The translations under genes were made by a program, and so were the position numbers. The notes under the pieces were generated by a model that was given only the letters and a program-made list of their open reading frames with translations, was not told the DNA's origin and ran no database searches. A DNA stretch of 64,000 bases. It comes from Anthoceros angustus (taxonomy: Eukaryota; Plantae; Anthocerotophyta). Shown one piece after another: positions 1-13,718 of the stretch (its first letter is position 1; each line of letters begins with the position of its first letter). Where the stretch lies: contig VJWM01000011.1 of assembly GCA_010909165.1 (NCBI GenBank), positions 124,001 to 188,000 on the forward strand, given 5' to 3'.

Positions 1-489
1 GTAGGTAGTTCTAGAGCGGGTCTCAAACACGGTCTTCTTGGCGACCAAAAGCCGTCTACATAATGTAAGGAACAAGTAAGTATCCAATTTCAGCCTCTCT
101 CACGCGGTAGCATGGTCCTCCTCCCCTTCACCCTCAATTTCCTCGACCTTGCGCCGCTTCAAGCGTCCCAACCTTGTGCTTCCTGCCCTTGACGGCTCCC
201 TCCAATGCTCGCGGCATTGAGAAGACTTCCCTCCTTTGGTGGCGCACTACGCTCGGAAGGTGTCACAGCGCTCGGCGTTTCTCTCTTTCCTTCCTCCTCT
301 TGGCGCTCAACTCGTAGCTAGGGTTCTCCCTCCCCTTCAGCTGGTGCGCAATCTCCTTTCTCTCCTTCGCGCTCCGTAGCGATGGCGATGGCGTGGGTGA
401 TGGCAACCTTCCTTTTCTCTTTCCGCCTTACGCTCCGGCTCGGTCCAGTTCTTTGCAGTGAGGATGCCTCCGTTCAAGAGAGTTGCCCA

Positions 490-998
490 AAGCGCACTTT
501 GCCCTCAGCGGATGCCACGGAGTTCCCAACCCTAGATGCGGTTCAACATTCTAAATTACCTAAGCCTTCCTAAATTACCTATTTTCCTACCTTATCCGCT
601 TCCCAAATTAGTCACCTTCTAATTAATCCTATTTATCTACTCCCCTATTGGTGAGCATATATAGTGGATATCGCCTTTATTCTAATTTTCCTTTTTCCGA
701 GATTTCGTCAACCCACGGTGATACGCGACTTACCACGGTGATGCTTCTTTCTCGACCTCACGGCGTGGTGGCGACCTACGGCGGATCTGCCGACCCCCTC
801 GCCCTCACTCGCCTTGCAGGGTCGTTTTGACCCGTTCTTCTTCAGGATATCCTTTTCTTCCTAACAATATCCTACAACTCCGACTTCAAGATTCTCGAGA
901 AAATTTCTTGGCATGCTCTCTTCAATCGTTCTAGCCAAAAAAATCAAACTTGTTTGTCTTGGCTCTTTTGGGCTGGTTGCCCAAACTTTTTCGTTCCA
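490..998 (-). repeat. 3' LTR of the gypsy element (left boundary uncertain, may extend beyond window start)
   Basis: Direct repeat of 6893-7400 (shared ttctaattaatcctatt...cccctattggtgagcatatatagtggatat and gttgcccaaacttt). Begins TGTG on the minus strand at 998. Confidence 0.75.
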
Positions 999-1012
999 CA
1001 TACTCCCTCCTC
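999..1012 (-). other. Polypurine tract
   Basis: Minus strand GAGGAGGGAGTA immediately precedes the TG start of the 3' LTR. Confidence 0.65.
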
Positions 1013-2031
1013 ACTGTTTGCGTCCTGCAAACAACATACTCGGGTTGAAGGTACTTCTTAACCTTCCACCCATTCACTCTGTGGCAACATTCGCCTAATA
1101 CCGGAGTTGCGGATCCATTCTCATATCTGCTTCCACCTCGTGGGTCCCATCCATCTCTAAGCTTCCTGGAAGTCTAGTCGACTATCATATAGAAGAACCA
1201 AATCCCGTCCGATAGCCTGCTTCCTCACTTCCCATCATGCCGATCTTTTGAGTTCTGAATCCGTGGGTTTCCTCTAAAGCATCTTCCTCGTTCCTCCTGC
1301 TCTATGAGCGATTCTAGTCTAGCTACACTATCCTCTGATCATGCGTTCATCCTCCATGATCACATGGGTAGGTACTTCAAATTCCACGGGCATCACGGTG
1401 ACATGCCATCGTTGATAATAAGGGTCTTCTTGGTGGTTACCTTCTCCGCGGTCCTGTAAGCCCACAGTGCTGAATGCAATTTAGCATCCCAATCATACAT
1501 GTGTGTTACAGTTACCTTGGTGAGGATTGTGCATAGCAACCCGTTCGTCTTCTCCGTCAATCCGTTTGCCTTGGGGTTGTAGGGGGTCGTCTTTCGATGG
1601 CGGATGTTGAAGTAGGTGGTTAGGGACTCAACGACAGAGTTGAGGAAATGTGTCCCCCGGTCGCTGACCAACTCTAAAGGACATCCATACCTTGTTATGA
1701 TGTTCTCGAATAAAACTTTGCCCTGCAGTCGTCCTTCCTCGTTGCTTGCTCCACCATCTTCGCAATAATCCGTAGCCACCAAAATGTCTTGCTTCCTTGT
1801 CCATTGCGTTGGTGGTTTGATTGGCCCCACGAAATCGATTCCCCACTTCTCGAATGGTGCTAACGGTAGTAGGTGAGGCCATTGTGTACACGTAGGCCGC
1901 CCAACCTCGACGCATCACACCTCGGTGAACTCCCACATCCTTGCATCGTAGCCCACGAACCCATTCAAAATCTTCTTAACGGTCACTGTCGAATAGTGTC
2001 CACCAGCCTCTTCGCATGTAGTGCCTCGGGC

Positions 2032-2890
2032 AGTGCGGCCTCTTCAACCTCGAGACACCTCCGAATCTTCTCGTCGGCCTAGCTTGTATGCGTCTCCTTT
2101 AGGCAATAGGGCGAGGCTTTATGGAAAACAGCCCGCCCCTCCTGGACAAACCATCGGGCATGATTCCATGCTCCGAACTTGCGTACTTCACCGTTCAGCA
2201 TATCTTGGGCATGAACGCCCTCACGTTCTAATCTCCTTCCCGGGCATACTCGTCGCCTCCTGCTCCGTTAGTAGCCCCGGGTGGCGTGGATCCCTCTTCA
2301 ATCCATCGCCTTCCTGTTCGCCCATCTTGCCGCTCCACGACTGCGGCGTTTACATGCTCCTCCTCACAGGTGATCTCTTCCATTCCTTGGTCTAGCCTCG
2401 TGCCTAGGTCCTCGTGCTCCCATGGCGACCTCTTGGCCTTCCTGCACCTCCATGTCCTCCGTGACGAGTGCCGCCTTCAACCTCGAGGCACCTCCGAATC
2501 TTCTCGTCCGGCCCAGCTTGTATAAACGCCTCCTTTAGCAATAGGGCGAGGCTTTATGGAGAAAACAGCCCGCCCTCCTCGGACAAACCATCGGGCATGA
2601 TTCCATGCTCTAGAACTTGTACTCACCGCTCAACAGTATCTTGGGCATGAACGCCTCACGCTCTAATCTCCTCCTCCTGTGCATACTACGCCGCCGCCTG
2701 CTCCTGCTAGTAGCCCTAGTGGCATGGATCCCTCTGCCCATCGCCTCCGCCCATGCCGCACGCCTCCCCTGCACCGTTGCATGCTCCTCCTCACAACTGA
2801 TCTCTTCCATTCCCGCTGTCTAGCCTCGTGACTAGGTCCAGCTGCTCCCATGGCGAACTCTGGCCTTCCTGCACCTCCATGTCCTCCGAG
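2032..2890. repeat. ~430-bp tandem duplication inside gypsy pol (RNase H-integrase linker and integrase N-terminus)
   Basis: ttcaacctcgag..cacctccgaatcttctcgtc...ggacaaaccatcgggcatgattccatgctc occurs at ~2043 and ~2476. Confidence 0.85.
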
Positions 2891-5800
2891 TGATTTCCCA
2901 TGAATCCGCCACCTCCTTCTCGCGAGTTTTCTTCAAACTTGTCATGGGGTGCACCTCCTTCCTTTGCCAACTCGTGGCCTCCACTTGCAGCCCCTGCTCA
3001 CCCTTGAGGAGCATTCCAGCCTCCTCCTCGCGCCCTTGGCGCCATCCTATCTCCTCTCGGTTCCAGTTGTCTGCTGACTTTTCACACTGCGCTCCCTTCT
3101 TGCTCATTTGGCCTCTCTGCAACAAGACTTGCTGATCAATTCTTAGGCCGTCTTCAACATGCTCACGTCCTCCCCTTGACCAGTGCTGCGGCTCCTCGTC
3201 GGAAATCGGTCGTCAGCCCTCAAGTCGCTCTCCGGTTTTCGGGGCGAAATAAAATCAGCATTGATCTTGCTTCCACAACCTAGTTTCACGTCGTAATCAA
3301 ATTCTTGCAGCGGTATGGCACCCATCCGCAATCCTTCACGACAAATCGGCTTGACAAGATACTTCAGCAAAATGGTCAACATGGAGCGTCACCTTGCAAG
3401 CAAGCGGATAGTGTCTAAACTTCTTACGAGTAAATGATACCAAGACCCTCCGCTCCGTGGTTGAGTAGTTCTCGTCAGTGCATCTACCGGCATAGAAAAT
3501 CGGATGATCCCGTTTCTTCTCGTCCTTCTGGCTTAATACAGTCCCAATGGCATAAGCAGACACATCTACGTATACGTGAAACGGTTTCTCCCAATCTGGC
3601 GGTTGTAACGTTGGTGCGCTCACCAAGCTGTCCTTTAGCTGCTGAAAAGCCTCCTGTCTTGTATCGGTCCATTCGAACGATGTATCCTTCTTGGTCAATT
3701 GTGTCAACAAGGCTGCCTTCTTGGCGAAGTCTTTGATGAACCTCCTGTAATATCCTACCAGCCCCTACAAAGCACGCTTTGCCTCACCGTTTGTGGTGCG
3801 TCCATCTCAGCTATCACTGCTACTTTATCCTTATCCACCTGCAATCCTCTTACTGAGACTCGATGTGCTAACAAAATGCCCTCCGTCATACCAAAATAAC
3901 ACTTCCCGGATGAAGTTTCATGTTCGACTCTGCATTTCTGGAAACATTGTCTCAAATGATCTAGATGCCGGTTTCTCCTCCCAAACACGCAAAAATCATC
4001 CAGGAATACCTCCATGAACTTCCTAAAAATCTCGAATATATAGCGTTTTGGAAAGTGGCGGGGCATTCCGAAGGAGCTTGAATAAGCGTAGGTTCCCCAA
4101 TCCGTTGTGAATGTTGTCTTGTCCTGATCTTCCTTCCTTGTGAAAATCGATTGTACCGAATACCGTCAAGAAAGTACATCTCATGTCCGGCTACCGTGTC
4201 CAGCACACTGTCCATGAAAGGCAAAGGGTGATGATCCTTCTTCGTTGCTTCATTGAGCTTCCTGAAATCCTGGCATACCCGAACCTTTCCTGCTGCTTCT
4301 TCGGTACAATCACAATTGGTGCGACCCACTCACTGGTGAGCACCGGGTAGATTACTCCTGCCTCCAAATATTGATCGAGTTGATCTTTAACAACCATGGA
4401 GTACTTGGGATTCAGTCGGTATTGCTTGATCCTCACCGGAGTGCTGCCCTCCTTCAAGTCGATTCGATGTATCCCCAGTTCTTCGGTATTCTGTCATGTC
4501 GGTAATCTTGAAGGCAAACACATCGACATACTCCCTAAAGCCTACGAAACTCTTTCTCTACATCCTAGATACCTAGAAACCTTGACTACCTTGCCGGGCT
4601 CTAACTCTAAGTCCTCTGACCGGGATCTACATATTCCTTGTGCTACTGTCTTGGTTCGGATCCCTCCTCAGGAAAATCACGATCATAGGCTTTACCCTTC
4701 CAAAAGGCTACTCCCTCTCTATGTGCCTCATCTTCTGACTCTTCTACGACATCCTCTACGTGCAAGCATGAATACTCCAAATCACTCTTTATTTGACCTC
4801 AGAGGTCCCGATAAGCTTAGTCCTTGCAGGAGCTTACCCCGTGCTACAGGGTGTACCCATCGAGGGTCAGACTCCCCTCATAGGAGCCTTGCTCCATGAC
4901 AAGCGATCGCCGGTCGATTCTCTTGGACTTGAAGGTGATGCCACTACGACCAAAATCAAAAACATTATGCATACAACCAAGGCGCTATCAAAACCTTATA
5001 GCCTAAATCGAAACCGGCCGCATCACCTTCTCCTTCCTTCTCGCATCGGTGAGGACTTTCCGGTCAAGATCTCCATTGCTCTTTGCGATGTTTTTTTGTC
5101 CATATCTACCATAGAGCATCTTCAAGAGTCTTCATCCCCATTCGCCGCACCATGCGGATCTCCTCACTAATCCCTTGGACCTTTTCGTCTTTGGGCTCCT
5201 CTCCAGCTCGGGCCTTCCTTGCTCATGGGGTAAGGGTTCCTTACCCCTCCTTCCTCTCGGCGGATCTAATCCGCCCTTAATCTCTTGGTGGGGTTGTCTC
5301 CCCACCACCTCAGGCTCCTCAGGGCATACTCTGGGACCCCGGCTCCTTCATCCTCGGCCAGCCTCACGCGGCCCGACTCCCAGCCCCACGCGCCGCGGTA
5401 CCCTACTACCGGTAGTCTGGCGGACTAAAGGCGTGGGTTGGTATCTACCACTGCGGTAGACTAGTCAGTGGGTGGTCCCGTGGTGGTGACCCCTGTGGCG
5501 GGCTGTCCCCCTCCTTACCCCTCCGCCATCTTTCCTCCTTGGCATCAGCGGCTTCTCCTTCCGTCTCACTGTCTCCTCGGACTCCTCGAGTCCATGCTCA
5601 TGGCCTCATCAAAGTCGGAGGCCTGCAGGCTGCTGCAGCTCCTTCATCATCATGAGGACCTAATGTCCTCCTCTTGGCCAAATGCAATACTTCATTGTTG
5701 GCCTTCAAAATCCTATTATGGAGGTGAGCCCTAAGCTGTAATGCATCGGAGATCATCAATCTCCGTGGGCCACTCTCCATCCTCACCTACTCTTGTGCAT

Positions 5801-6892
5801 CCCTTGCGTGGTCAATTCTCCCACCGTCACACGGAGGTTACATTTCCTCCCTTGCTTCCTCTTTGGTTGGCTAATTTTGCTTGAAGGGCATAATCCCAAA
5901 ATCTTCTCTTCCTCACCACACCGGCATCACCATGCACCACCTTCTTGTGGTGCTCCTCCTCTGGGACCTCCTTTGTTCCAATTTGGTCCATGGCAAGCCT
6001 CTCCTTCTCGCTTGCAGCATTCTTCATGCTCCGACTCGCAATTCTTGGTCTTGAGCTTCTTGCTCCTTCTTCTCCTCCAAGTTATCTGGGTCCTCCATGA
6101 TTCTTCCTCCATATCCGGATTTTGATGGCTTGGGTAGCCATCACTTGCTCTAGCGTCCATTTCTTTGAACCGCCACCTTTTTCCTAGAGCCTCGTTTTTT
6201 TCGTCTTGCTCTAATTGGGCAAAATGCTCCTCCGCCTTTGCCTCCAAGGTCCCTTTGGGTTGTCGCCGAATGGCTCTCTCTCCTCATGCTGACAACCTTC
6301 CTCAGGACCTTCTCCGCGTTGATCCACAAGGTCGTGGCTCTCTGACCTTCTCCAACTTGGCTGCCTTCGTCGGACTCCATGGCCTCCAGTGCCATTTGGT
6401 CCCTGCTCTCCTCTCGGTCATCTCACAGGCCTTGACTTCCACTGGCATGCCCACAAGAGGCTGCTAGTTCCTAGCCCCTTCAAGTCTCATACGCCTACCG
6501 GCCTCTTTCGGAAATCTCCAGCTCCTTGCACTCACGGGCCCAGCCAGCGGCGTGGGTCCCCTCACCGTCGCCCATCCGCTCTCCCACCCGGTAGCGGGTG
6601 ATGGCGGCTGGGTGCCTTCGCGGTGCCATGGCACTTCTCCTTCCCCTTCTACCGCCGTGCCTACGTGGGGTGACTACCTACCCATGATGGGCTGCTCCCC
6701 AGGTGATGCGCACGCCTACCGTGGTGGTGTCTCTGCCAGGTGGTGGGGTGCCTCCCATGCAATGGTGGGGACTCCCCAGGGCATCACCCCCTCAGCCCCT
6801 TCTCTCATAGACTACCATGGCCCTCCTTGGCCGGGTTTTGCTCTTCTCCTCCTCCTTACGTCCCAACTTCATGTCGTGAAGTGGAGGAGGCC

Positions 6893-7400
6893 AAGCACTT
6901 TGCCCTCTTTAGATGTCGCACTGAGGCCTAGTAACCCTAGATTGGGTTTCCCATTCCTAAATTCCTAATTTCCCTACCCTATGCATATCCCGAATCAATT
7001 ACTTTCTAATTAATCCTATTCATCTATTCCCCTATTGGTGAGCATATATAGTGGATATTCCCCTATTCTAATTTCCTTTTTAGCGAGGTTCGACCTACCA
7101 CGGTGATACGCCAGCACACTTGCTGTAGTCTCGCTCCTTTTTCAGCCTACCGGCGTGAGGGTGGCGATTACGGTGGTGGTTTGTCACCCACCGACCTTCT
7201 GACCTGCCTCCCTCGTCTGGGGTCGTTTTGACCCGTTCTTTTCTGGGATATCCTCGCTGCCTTCCTAACAATATCCTACAACTCTAGCTCCAAGCTTCTC
7301 AGAAAATTCTCAACACGCCCCTTTTCAATCGTTTTAGCCAAAAAATCAAATTTGTTCATTTCCGGCTCTTTTGACTGGTTGCCCAAACTTTTGCGTTCAC
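6893..7400 (-). repeat. 5' LTR of the gypsy element
   Basis: Diverged copy of 490-998; starts TGTGAACG on the minus strand at 7400. Confidence 0.75.
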
Positions 7401-8828
7401 ACACGCCCACAAGCTCAACATAAAGACTTGACCGAGTGCATGATAGTTGTGCAGTGCGAAGAAGATGATGGACTTATGGCCACGAGTAGCGCAACACCTT
7501 CCGTGGGCGAGAACTGATGACCTCGCTTGGAAGCGTCTTGCCGTGCTGCCACAGGCACACCTTCACCTCAACCGCAACCTCAAGCGGAAGAGTGACCCGG
7601 AGCTGCCTCAGCCGACGGAGTGAAATTCTTAATGCAGCTACACCAACCGAGGGACATGGTCCCATCTATAGTCGGAACTAACAAACGCTTTTTCGAATGG
7701 CATGCGGATGGGACATTCTCACAAGCACTCTTCACTGAGGAACCCGGATGTAGCACACATGGGCACGCTAGCATCCCAATATGTCGTGGATTTGTGGAGG
7801 AATGATGCATGGTATGGACGCCATTGATTCATTCTATGGATGCGAGGGTAAAACCAAGGCTCCTCCAAGGAGGAGGTTGCGAATGGATCTCGTCGGATGA
7901 GCGGAGGTTGCTCGAAACCTAAACGACGGAAAACCAAAGATTCTCGATCTCTTTAATTGATGGGTGAATCTTGAGGACCACTATAGACAATGTGGCTTGG
8001 CGTGATTGGGCTGCCCGGACAATGATTTGCAGAGGTTGAAGCCATGTCGTACAGTTGCCCATGCGCAAATGGGGTGCCTTACGAGTCAAGTATCTTGATA
8101 AGTGAGTTGAACACACCGACGTTAAATTTGATCAGAGAATGTCGAGGTGATTTTGTTTATGATGACTTCAATAACCCAATTCATCATTACCGTGATGGGA
8201 AGCGATAATTAAATTCCAAGCTGGTAATTTATAATTGTTGGGAAAATCACTTTCAGCAGGCGGTAAAAATAGAGGATTAAAACCAATTACCTTATTGGTA
8301 AAATAAGTATTTCCACTCAAGTAAATTACACGTTTGCTTTTTGAATTTTGAAGCGACAACAAGCGAGTAAGTCTTGACGGTTCATCTACAGCGATACAAC
8401 GTCACGACAATCGATTGACCATGCGGCACCGACAGTGTGACCTATTGCGCAGTCCGCATTCTTCAGCGCATCCGCTAGTTGGGTATAGCAAAATCGATGG
8501 GCCCACGACGGGTTTGCATCACCGTCCGTTGGCTTGAGGCCGGCGGACTTCCATAACACGGGATCGGATCTCAGCGGCAGCGGTTTGCATTTTCGTTTCT
8601 ATTTCGTGGGATGACATGCGGCAACCTCGGTATGGTTTGCCGACCACCGCGGGACGGAACGGTGATTGAGTGAAGCAACCTTCACAACACGTTATTCTTA
8701 TCTTTATGTCGTGTTGGATATGTCGGGTAAAATAACGCTATCACAGAGAAACCCCGCGTGATAAGTTTGCCCTAAACGATATAACCACGTTTTTTTTCAC
8801 GAGATAAAAACACCGTTGTGTAGTAGTG
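7401..8828. mobile_element. CACTA/EnSpm DNA transposon terminal fragment
   Basis: Ends ...tgtgtagtagtg at 8828 (reverse complement CACTACTACAC), exactly where it interrupts the copia gag motif RFNGKNYYV. Short subterminal repeats (ggtttgc x3, 8510-8640). Confidence 0.55.
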
Positions 8829-10023
8829 CAAACATAATAATTCTTTCCATTGAACCTGTCCTTCTCTTTAAAGCTGTCACCATAATGATTAATCAAAGTA
8901 TGATTAGTATTTCCAGGAGGATCCATCACAGGTGTGTTTAGTGACTTCTTCTTGACGTTAAATACTCCAGCCATAGAAGGCGATCTAGAGGACTAAGCCT
9001 CGTGATGCGACTTTTCATCTTCTCTAATGCATGCTCGAAACTCCTCCCTTGTAATAACACATTAGGAGATGACGACACCTTGGAAATTCTGCACATCTAT
9101 GAACTTAGAGGCTGGACACCTTTGTCCTTAGTTCGATTAGCTCTTCCTTGAGATCAAGATGTTGGATTCTAAGAGATGATAGTTGTCGATCTAGGTCGTC
9201 AATTTTATGAGTTTCTATGTCTTGGCCTTGCGGACTATAAGAATTAGGAGTGGTAGTACTGACTCTCAAATTCGGGATATGTTGGATTGCTAGCTCTAAT
9301 GCTTTGGCGTGAATTGGTCTAAGAACTTCTAGCAAATCACGTAGCTAACAATCGACTTCCCTTGATGTGGTTTAGAAATTAGAATAGATGCAATGAAGTT
9401 AGCTATGCAGGAAGAGGTTTCATCAATCTCTCCTACTATGATGTGTGAACTTCTATTGCTTCTAATGTTCTTTCTCCTAACTTGTTCTTGTTGTCTTGCG
9501 GGCAATCTCTTTTCCTAATTCTAGGCCTCTTCCTTCTAAGGAAAACACTTCCATGGAGGAGGGACAAGGAATTAGTGCATAAAAGCATTATTAGAAAAGA
9601 TATATTCACATGAGAAGAAAACATAAAAGAGCAGCAATTCTAGAATGAACACAATCCATCTAGCAAGGTGCTAGATTGAAAAGTGCCTCTAGATAAGCTC
9701 CTTATATGTTTGAAGCTGCACGCATAGTGGAGAGCAAGATGCTCGATACCATGATGAAAATCACGTCTTGCTCTTAGATGCAAAGTAGTACAATGCAATG
9801 AATTAATTAAAGAGTAAAGTACAAGCCTTTATATAGGCTGGGTGGTTATGGTGGTTAGGTGGTTAGAACAATATGTTATTGTAACCACTAAGTTGTTGTA
9901 ACTAATATAACAACTAACTACCTAGAGCAACTAACTAGATAACTACCTAATGCCCTAGGCCTAAATTAATGTTTAAATGTACGGCCCTAATGAATAGTGC
10001 CCTAAGCTAGATATATTTCATCA
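8829..10023 (-). mobile_element. Ty1/copia 5' fragment 1 (LTR, PBS-Met, leader, start of gag)
   Basis: LTR 9752-10023 with inverted termini TGATGAAA...TTTCATCA. PBS-like gctcgatacca at 9741-9751 (tRNA-iMet PBS with a 1-nt deletion). Gag start GDSFKEKDRFNGKNYYV. Confidence 0.75.
9752..10023 (-). repeat. Copia LTR (272 bp)
   Basis: TG...CA with 8-bp inverted termini, TATA-like tttatatagg, adjacent PBS. Confidence 0.75.
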
Positions 10024-11830
10024 CTTTGTGTTGGCTTCTAGTTGCTTCTTCTTCAAGCAATGCTCCCACTAGCTCTGAAGCTCATCAATGGGAGAGGGAT
10101 ATTCACAGCTTATTAACTTCTTAGCTTGTGTACATGCGGTGTGTGGGATGTCACAAAATGTGACCATGATTACGGTAAGGAGATGAGAGTCTAAGTCAAC
10201 TCCCCTTTAGAAAGAACGTCTCACGAAGATCCTTGACCTTTGAAGCTAAGGTTTGAACACTCCAACATGTTTTCAATTGAGTCACCTTCCTTCATTCTAT
10301 AGTTTTGGAAGTGTTTCAGCGCCATCACACTCATGTGATTTAAATCATCAGTCCTTCAATCGTTTCCAAATCTGCTGCGACTTAGCCCCACGATGCCTCA
10401 ACATGTCGGATGTTCGGCCCTGCGTATAAGGTACATGGGCGCATCGTTCTTGATGACCATGCTTCCGACAGATCCATCGAAGCTCCAGCGGTATGGTTTC
10501 ACCACCACTTGTGATTCTCCACAACTTGCGGTTTTGAAGAGCACCTTGGATCCTCATGACCCAAATGTCGTGTCGGTTCCTCCGAACCTATCTTTCTCCT
10601 TGAACCCATCTCCGGCCAACACTTGATGTATACGCCATGTTTGATGCGGGCTTGTATGCGCCTTACGAATATGTCTTTGATTCTTCTTCGTCGTTATTGA
10701 AGAGTCCTCCAAAGATCGTTTGCCATAAAGCGATTCTACGGTATGTGGGGAAGATTTGGCTCCACATCCCGAGAGAGGCGTACCTCTGAGATCCTTGTGT
10801 TCCTCATTTCCAGCGATTATAGATAGGTTGTGCGGGAAGGCGGAATTTGGAGCATCAAACTTGTGTTCTTGCATTTTGCGAATGCTTTTGTCTTCCTCTA
10901 CAAGCGGGATTGTTCAAAGCGGGCTGCAACAAGGTAGTTTGTAATCCAAATGATTGATTTGTTCTCGGATATCACGGATATCCACACTAATTGTAACAAC
11001 GCTTTCAACGCGGTCTACAATTTGCTTTGTTGCCTCTAATCTCTCCACAATCGTATTAACACTAGGGTTTGGTGTTATCTGTATTGTGAGGAAACCACTT
11101 GTGTCCTGCTTTACGAAAGCTCTCTCGACGCGCACTGCAAATTTTGTGGATTTGGGAGGAGGAGCAAATGTAAACAAGCCCTATGTCTTCATGAAAGACA
11201 AGTTCTACTATTGTGTTAAAGGCTTCTTTCGGATCTCGCTATTTTGCATAGCACGATCACGATTTCTATGACTCCATTCATATATTCTACGATGCATGAT
11301 CCTGCAGATAGCCTATCAACATTCCTGCGTCTATTTTGCCTATTTGGGGTGAGCTCGGTGAGGCGAGGTTGCTTCTTGGCCATCTACATTGGCCATGTCA
11401 TTTGGCTGAACTTTTGCTATTTGGATGCAAATGTTTTGCATTATGTTTTTCCTTTATAATTCTATTAGGCGGTTGTCCTAGTGTATTCCCAAATTGCTTA
11501 GAAGCTTAGAACCGTGGGAGTGCACTAGCCTCTACTGATTTTGCAGATCTAATACGGATGTTTTAAGAAAACAGCAGAAAGTTCATCTTCTTGATTTTTA
11601 TTTTGTTTTCTTAAAATTAGGCGATTTCTAATCAAGAAAACAACAAAACTTATATTTTTGTGCACATCTTTTAATGCACAAAATTATGTGCATGTTCATA
11701 GATGCAATCTACATAGTTTGCTCTAATACCATAACGATTTAATAGGACTATGTAGAACAATTAAATATATAAAATAAATAATTATATTGTATCAATCAAG
11801 AGAAAGAGTTGATTAATTAAACATGAAATG
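10024..11830 (-). mobile_element. Ty1/copia 5' fragment 2 (PBS-Met, gag)
   Basis: PBS gctctaatacca at 11720-11731. Gag motifs GDGFKEKDRFGG, MRIQGALQNRKLWRITSG, QIWKRLKD and YRMKEGDSIEKH. Confidence 0.7.
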
Positions 11831-12467
11831 ATCATGTCCAGCTACTTACAACTTGCTTCTTTCGCCTACCTTGCCAATTTGAGTCAGACCCCAAATGCTT
11901 CCTACGCCAGTGACTTGATTTCCTTCAGGTTGACTCTATGTTCCACTGTGACAACATGTGGGCTCGTGTCTGATTAACGGGCTATGAATGTGGACTGAAA
12001 GGGCAGTACCTAATAGTCAGCCAATTAGCGGGCAGTTCTAACTGTTACCATCCTAGTTCCTAGAAATAGCCGGCTAACACGCCGGGACTGGTCTCCAAAT
12101 TGATCGAACTCGGTGTGCAAGACGTACCACGTCCCACTCCCGGATGTGTCCAGTAGGGTGCACTGTTGAGGTGGATGACGGTCATAACCCCTCCAGTCTA
12201 TTTTGCGAGTGTGTGACTTCAGTCACATCAAAACTGCGGCAAATTGCTCCACACCAGCACAAAGCTTCTCAGTTTGTGAAAATATGTATGAAGCCGAAGG
12301 CTTAATCGTCTACCTTTTAATCCTCCGGGCCCTGCACAAAGGGCGAGCCCAAGGACGTCAAAAGCTGTGCCAGGGGTGGGGTGGATGAGGGTGAAGGAAT
12401 TCTCATGTTTTCTAAGAAAGACTTTCACCAGACTCTGAGCTGGAAACTATCGAGAAATCAAAAGCAC

Positions 12468-13718
12468 TTACTTGTCGGCCCCGTCGACTGCTTCCAGATC
12501 TTCATCAGATTCATATACCGCCTGGGGCAAAATAGGGGCAGTGGAGACTGACTGCTGATAAGCAACTCCACCTGCAATGCACACCAGGAGGGATAGTGTA
12601 CCCGCTGCCGAAGCATGTTTATCCCATATGGCCAGGTTGATAAGGACCGTCAGCAGCTTGTTAGTGACACCAATCACAGTGTAGGCTGTAGCTGACACTG
12701 CTTGGCGGCAAGCAAATCCAAAGAAGCTGATGGTCAAGCCGAAGACGCACGAAAGAAGGACTGGAATGAGAATAGCAGGCGTGAAAAAACTGGCTGTCTT
12801 CCACACGCTCATGATCTCTGTCTGCTCTCCCATTATGATGAGTGCGGGAGGGAAGAACACCTGCCAAGACAAACACAAATCAGTTCCAGATGATTCTCTG
12901 CTTCCCGAAGCAGTACGCCACATATGCACTTCTACCTACCAGAGCCAAGAGATTGTTGTAGAAGACGAGGCCCCAAGTCTTCAAGCCAACAGTCATGACG
13001 ACATGTTTGATATATACCATCTGCAATGTGACAAAGGTCAGCATCCAAAACCCGTTGTCAACATTAGGTTCTTATCCTAACGGGTGCCACGCAATCCAGC
13101 AAACAGGAAAGACAAGGCACCACACGAATTTCGCATCACCAACCTCAAAAGTGATGGTACAAAGATACGCTATGGCCCAGTAGTAGCCTGTGATGCTGCC
13201 TTGGGTGTCGAACAGCACGTACCCAACAGCACCGGCCAGAATTATTATAAGGGACAAAAATGTGGACTTGGAAGGCCACGGGCGGCTCATAAAGACGGAG
13301 TCTGCAATTGCTACCATCAGCGGCGTGGATGACCGAAATATAATGAAGGTCTGCAATCCAAGTCCCCACACAGCAGGTTACACACAGCGCCGGTAATGCT
13401 TCCTATCGTTCTAGCTCAATCTGACAGACTTACCTCTACATTCGCGTGCTTCAAGAGCTCGGTGTTGGTGAAAATGGCAACATAAAACACGGTGGCCGCG
13501 GGGAAGAAATTCTTCACCATTCCCCATGACAGCGGATCCCGCTCCACAATCTTGAGCTGGCCTAATATGATGACGACCAGAGTGCAGGAAAGGTACTGCA
13601 GCGCAGTGAGCACGGCCGGGTAGGGGAACACGGTGACTGCATACTTGTTGATAATAGCGAGCATGCTGGAGCTGAAGGCATATCCTAACACTAACGTTCC
13701 CACTGTAAGAAGCTTCAT
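12468..13718 (-). CDS. GFT1: Golgi GDP-sugar transporter, GONST4/GFT1 (GDP-fucose transporter)-like; 4 exons 13718-13434, 13350-13144, 13020-12940, 12860-12468; 321 aa
   Basis: Joining exons at GT-AG phase-0 introns gives LVLGYAFSSSMLAIINK...FTNTELLKHANVE/TFIIFRSSTPLMVAIAD...ITFE/MVYIKHVV...YNNLLAL/VFF...GVTNKLLTVLINLAIWDKHA...YQQSV. This is collinear with Arabidopsis GONST4/GFT1; GONST3 paralogy is not formally excluded. Confidence 0.92.

Larger units (their letters stand above)
490..7400 (-). mobile_element. Ty3/gypsy LTR retrotransposon, degenerate, pol order RT-RH-IN
   Basis: Minus-strand fragments: RT (WVAPIVIVPKK, VRVCQDFRKLNEATKKDHHPLP, FMEVFLDDFCVFG, ~3750-4460), RNase H (FHVYVDVSAYAIGTVLSQ, ~3270-3710) and integrase (PFEKWGIDFVGPI, SDRGTHF, TPYNPKANGLTEKTN, ~1390-1990). 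Flanked by direct repeats, with a polypurine tract next to the left repeat. Confidence 0.9.

Noticed and set aside
7450-8150. Ulp1-like protease of the CACTA element
   Set aside because: Only a vague IPIC motif; catalytic residues not identifiable.
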